DNA of 7,228 nucleotides from Acinetobacter geminorum (GTDB lineage Bacteria; Pseudomonadota; Gammaproteobacteria; Pseudomonadales; Moraxellaceae): NCBI RefSeq assembly GCF_013009345.1, contig NZ_JABELE010000007.1, positions 178,713 to 185,940 of the forward strand, read 5' to 3'. Shown piece by piece: positions 5,106 to 7,228 of this stretch (position 1 is its first letter; each line of letters starts with the position of its first letter). The notes under the pieces were generated by a model. It saw only the letters and a program-made list of their open reading frames with translations, ran no database searches and was not told where the DNA came from. The position numbers and the translations under genes were made by a program.

Positions 5106-5390
5106 ATGTCTTTAATCTCTCTTTTACAGAAAGTATCAGATATCACTCTTAGTAAAGGTGGGCGTACAGTCTTATCCAGTTTAGGGGTTGGACTTGTTTC
5201 TTCATCTGTTTCTATATCACTTTTTAATTCGTATATCACATATCTCCAGAACTCATATTCAGCTTTAGGGGATGTTGCAGGGATACTTGGTTTAGCAGGT
5301 GTTCCTTATGGTTTATCAATCATCATTAGCGCAGTAGTTATAAAAATCACATTAAAAGCTAAAAACGTATCTTTAGGAAAATCATCATGA
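5106..5390 (+). CDS. Small hydrophobic minor coat protein (pVI / Ace-position)
   Basis: 94 aa with multiple hydrophobic segments. It starts 2 nt after the pIII-like stop and ends in an ATGA overlap with the next gene. Confidence 0.6.
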   Translation: MSLISLLQKVSDITLSKGGRTVLSSLGVGLVSSSVSISLFNSYITYLQNSYSALGDVAGILGLAGVPYGLSIIISAVVIKITLKAKNVSLGKSS

Positions 5391-6670
5391 TCTATTTAAT
5401 TGTGGGTCAACCACGTTCGGGGAAATCTCAATATGCTGTTAAATTGGCTTTTGATATTGATGAAGCTAATAAGAAAATTCAGAAAAAAGTTGATGACGGC
5501 AAAGAGCTAACAGAAAAAGAATTAATGGCTTTGCAGGATGGAACTATTGTTCCTGCGATACGTCCTGTTTATTCAGATATTGAAGAACATGCCAAGCGAA
5601 ATGATTTCATTCAATTAGCACCAGCCGACTGGCGTGATGTACCTGATGGCTCAATTATTTTTTATGACGAGGTGCATTTTAGAGATGAGTATTTAGATCA
5701 AAGCAAATACATGTCTCAAAACCCTATGATTAAAGAGTTATCGACTCATGGTCATAGAAACATTGATATTTACTTAATGACTCAGGATCCACGAAGATTG
5801 GAGAAATCTATACGTGCTCTTGTGTTTAAAATGTTCCTAGTTAAACGTCCAGCTAACTTACCGCCATTCGCAAATGTCTATACTTTTGATCGTTGGCTTG
5901 GCGATCCGTGGGCAGCATCAAAGAATAAAGATAATGTTCATGATGAACAGTTATTTCATTATAAAAAGAAATATCAAGATGCTTATAAATCCGCATCGGC
6001 TCATACATCAATGGTTTTCAAGTTGCAGCGCAAGTTTATTGTGGCCATTGTTTCAATTCTTGTCATGATTGGTTTGTCTGTTTTCTTATTCAAAATCAGT
6101 GGAATGGGTAAGATTGTTAAAGACGCTACTAACGTATCCGGAATGACGGAAAAAACAAAAGTAGATGATAAAAAAATTATGGCTTCAGCAAATGGAAATA
6201 CCACTTCAGCTAAGCCTGGAGAGACAACACAAACACAGTTAGATTGCCGAAAAGCTGTCAATGTAGAAAAGCCCGAATGTGTAGAATGGTTTAATAATCT
6301 TGATAAAAATAAAGGTTCATTTACTACGGCTGGTGATGGCCAAATTAATGTTTCATATAACCCTAATCAACCTTATGAAACTGCGGAAATACAGAAAGCA
6401 GCTAGCTATCAAGTTACTGCGCGACCAGTATTTAGCGGTTGTACTAAAGTAGGTAATAAATATCAGGGCTACACCCAACAGGGAACTAAGCTTAATGTGT
6501 CTAAATCGGACTGTGAACGTTTAATTAAGAATAATGACAGGCCGTTTAATTACTTTGTTGAGCAACGACCAGAGCAACCGCAACCACAGCAACCTATACA
6601 GAACCCTAAACAATTCGATGATGAGTTTGTTGCTAAGTATCAAGCTGCAAAGGCTGAGGGGTTAATTTGA
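5387..6670 (+). CDS. zot: Zot-family / pI-like phage assembly ATPase
   Basis: It has an N-terminal Walker A (GQPRSGKS), a Walker B-like IIFYDEVH, and a central transmembrane helix (FIVAIVSILVMIGLSVFLF). A Cys-containing C-terminal domain with a Pro/Gln-rich tail follows. The start overlaps the upstream stop (ATGA at 5387-5390). Confidence 0.8.
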   Translation: MIYLIVGQPRSGKSQYAVKLAFDIDEANKKIQKKVDDGKELTEKELMALQDGTIVPAIRPVYSDIEEHAKRNDFIQLAPADWRDVPDGSIIFYDEVHFRDEYLDQSKYMSQNPMIKELSTHGHRNIDIYLMTQDPRRLEKSIRALVFKMFLVKRPANLPPFANVYTFDRWLGDPWAASKNKDNVHDEQLFHYKKKYQDAYKSASAHTSMVFKLQRKFIVAIVSILVMIGLSVFLFKISGMGKIVKDATNVSGMTEKTKVDDKKIMASANGNTTSAKPGETTQTQLDCRKAVNVEKPECVEWFNNLDKNKGSFTTAGDGQINVSYNPNQPYETAEIQKAASYQVTARPVFSGCTKVGNKYQGYTQQGTKLNVSKSDCERLIKNNDRPFNYFVEQRPEQPQPQQPIQNPKQFDDEFVAKYQAAKAEGLI

Positions 6671-6730
6671 AATCTTTTTCTCTGATTACTAAAAACCGTC
6701 TATAAGATGTGACGTAGAATTAGCAAAGAA

Positions 6731-6814
6731 GTGTCTTCAGGGGAATTGAGACACATCGCGTAAACATTGGTTTTTTTATGAATTTTGAGTGTCTCAAGGC
6801 GTAGTCTAGACACT
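6731..6814. repeat. Two related hairpins built from four GTGTCT/AGACAC half-sites in the post-zot non-coding region
   Basis: Hairpin 1 is GTGTCT (6731-6736) / AGACAC (6749-6754). Hairpin 2 is AGTGTCT (6788-6794) / AGACACT (6808-6814). In a common orientation the flanks are similar (CGA[T/A]GTGTCT, GTGTCTCAA). Confidence 0.5.
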
Positions 6815-6921
6815 TCGATTATTGGCATAATGTTACAAGTGCTCGCTCTACTGCAGCTTAAGCCGGGCATCAAAAAAGTGAACAAAATCAACACTTGTGA
6901 TTTTTTAAGGATTGGCAAAAT

Positions 6922-7146
6922 ATGACACTAAAACCTTATGATATTTACAACCAGACGGCTGGTCTTATTGATTTTTCATTGGGTGAATTAACTGATATTT
7001 ACACTTCTATTTTATGGTCAGGTTGTGCTAACGATAATCAGATATTGAAGAAAATAGAAACCAAATACACCTTTTGCTCTACCTGTAGCAACTTAGTTTT
7101 AAAAGAACAATTTGATGATCATTTAGACAAATGTTTAGTGGACTGA
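6922..7146 (+). CDS. 74-aa cargo protein with a C-terminal CxxC-x11-H-x3-C metal-binding motif; function unknown
   Basis: The ATG at 6922 is preceded by AAGGA (6908-6912). The C-terminus reads FCSTCSNLVLKEQFDDHLDKC. It occupies the slot between zot and attP, where CTXphi carries ctxAB. The stop lies 1 nt before the XerC-like arm. Confidence 0.55.
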   Translation: MTLKPYDIYNQTAGLIDFSLGELTDIYTSILWSGCANDNQILKKIETKYTFCSTCSNLVLKEQFDDHLDKCLVD

Positions 7147-7147
7147 T

Positions 7148-7182
7148 AGTTCGTATAATGTGATGTCCAGATTATGTTACTA
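7148..7182 (+). other. dif-like site 1, right-junction copy: AGTTCGTATAA, 13-nt spacer, TTATGTTACTA
   Basis: Identical to 902-936 except at position 7149 (G versus C at 903). The G restores a base pair with C1000 in the folded attP, which suggests this is element B's native arm. Confidence 0.6.
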
Positions 7183-7228
7183 AGCCCCAGTGAGAAGATT
7201 ACACAGTCTCACGGGGCTTTTTAACATC
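7150..7228. repeat. Right copy of the 79-bp (or longer) direct repeat; start of the next array unit
   Basis: Base-for-base identical to 904-982 and truncated by the window end. Confidence 0.95.

Larger units (their letters stand above)
913..7158 (+). mobile_element. One complete 6,246-bp unit of a CTXphi-like filamentous prophage (element B), delimited at the inferred XerC exchange points
   Basis: The repeat period is 6246 bp. The unit holds a full inovirus gene set (regulator, rep, ssb-position gene, coat, pIII-like, pVI-like, Zot/pI) and no integrase. dif-like half sites lie at both ends. The exact crossover cannot be placed more finely than 904-913. Confidence 0.7.

Noticed and set aside
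5874-6261. 64-aa plus-strand (5874-6068) and 86-aa minus-strand (6001-6261) ORFs inside zot
   Set aside because: Both are nested or antisense within the Walker-motif-containing 427-aa ORF, with no independent support.
5387-6670. Calling the Zot-family protein an enterotoxin
   Set aside because: The family's primary role is virion assembly (pI-like). Nothing in the sequence lets me support toxin activity.
6811-6839. Weak dif-like resemblance: CACTTCGATTAT-TGGCA-TAATGTTACAAG
   Set aside because: The arms are degenerate and the spacer is 5 nt. The TGGCATAAT stretch is explained equally well as an extended -10 promoter element for orf74. That is not enough to call a Xer site.
6700-6918. 72-aa minus-strand ORF in the post-zot region
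   Set aside because: It has a TTG start only 3 nt from the orf74 ATG, which leaves no room for a promoter or RBS. It reads through both GTGTCT hairpins and the T-run. I treat it as non-coding, though an sRNA or short peptide cannot be excluded.

Overview
This AT-rich window is almost entirely a CTXphi-like filamentous (Inoviridae-type) prophage array with no integrase gene, so integration looks Xer/dif-dependent. It has three parts. (i) 1-903 is the 3' end of element A: the C-terminal part of a replication initiator plus a small downstream gene. (ii) About 904-7149 is one complete 6,246-bp unit, element B. Its order is: structured attP/intergenic region, a divergent small RHH-like regulator, a gpII/RstA-like Rep with a nested pX-like start, an ssDNA-binding-position gene, an internal dif-like site, a 29-aa zinc-finger mini-ORF, a small membrane protein, the major coat protein, a pIII-like adsorption protein, a pVI-like protein, a Zot/pI assembly ATPase, and a cargo slot holding a 74-aa Cys/His protein. 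(iii) 7150-7228 is the start of a further unit and is base-for-base identical to 904-982. The most interesting signals follow. Two inverted dif-like sites at 902-1001 can fold into a roughly 100-nt bulged hairpin, like the single-stranded attP of CTXphi. A second, near-canonical dif-like site (3043-3070) sits inside a 20-bp perfect palindrome, at the same position where element A is joined to element B. There is a heterologous tandem array. There are several small ORFs absent from the ORF track, including a classical C2HC zinc-finger peptide. There is a roughly 75% G+C structured island. The cargo region carries four GTGTCT half-sites. I saw no tRNA, rRNA or CRISPR. All functional calls rest on gene order, size, motifs and hand-folding, not on database searches.
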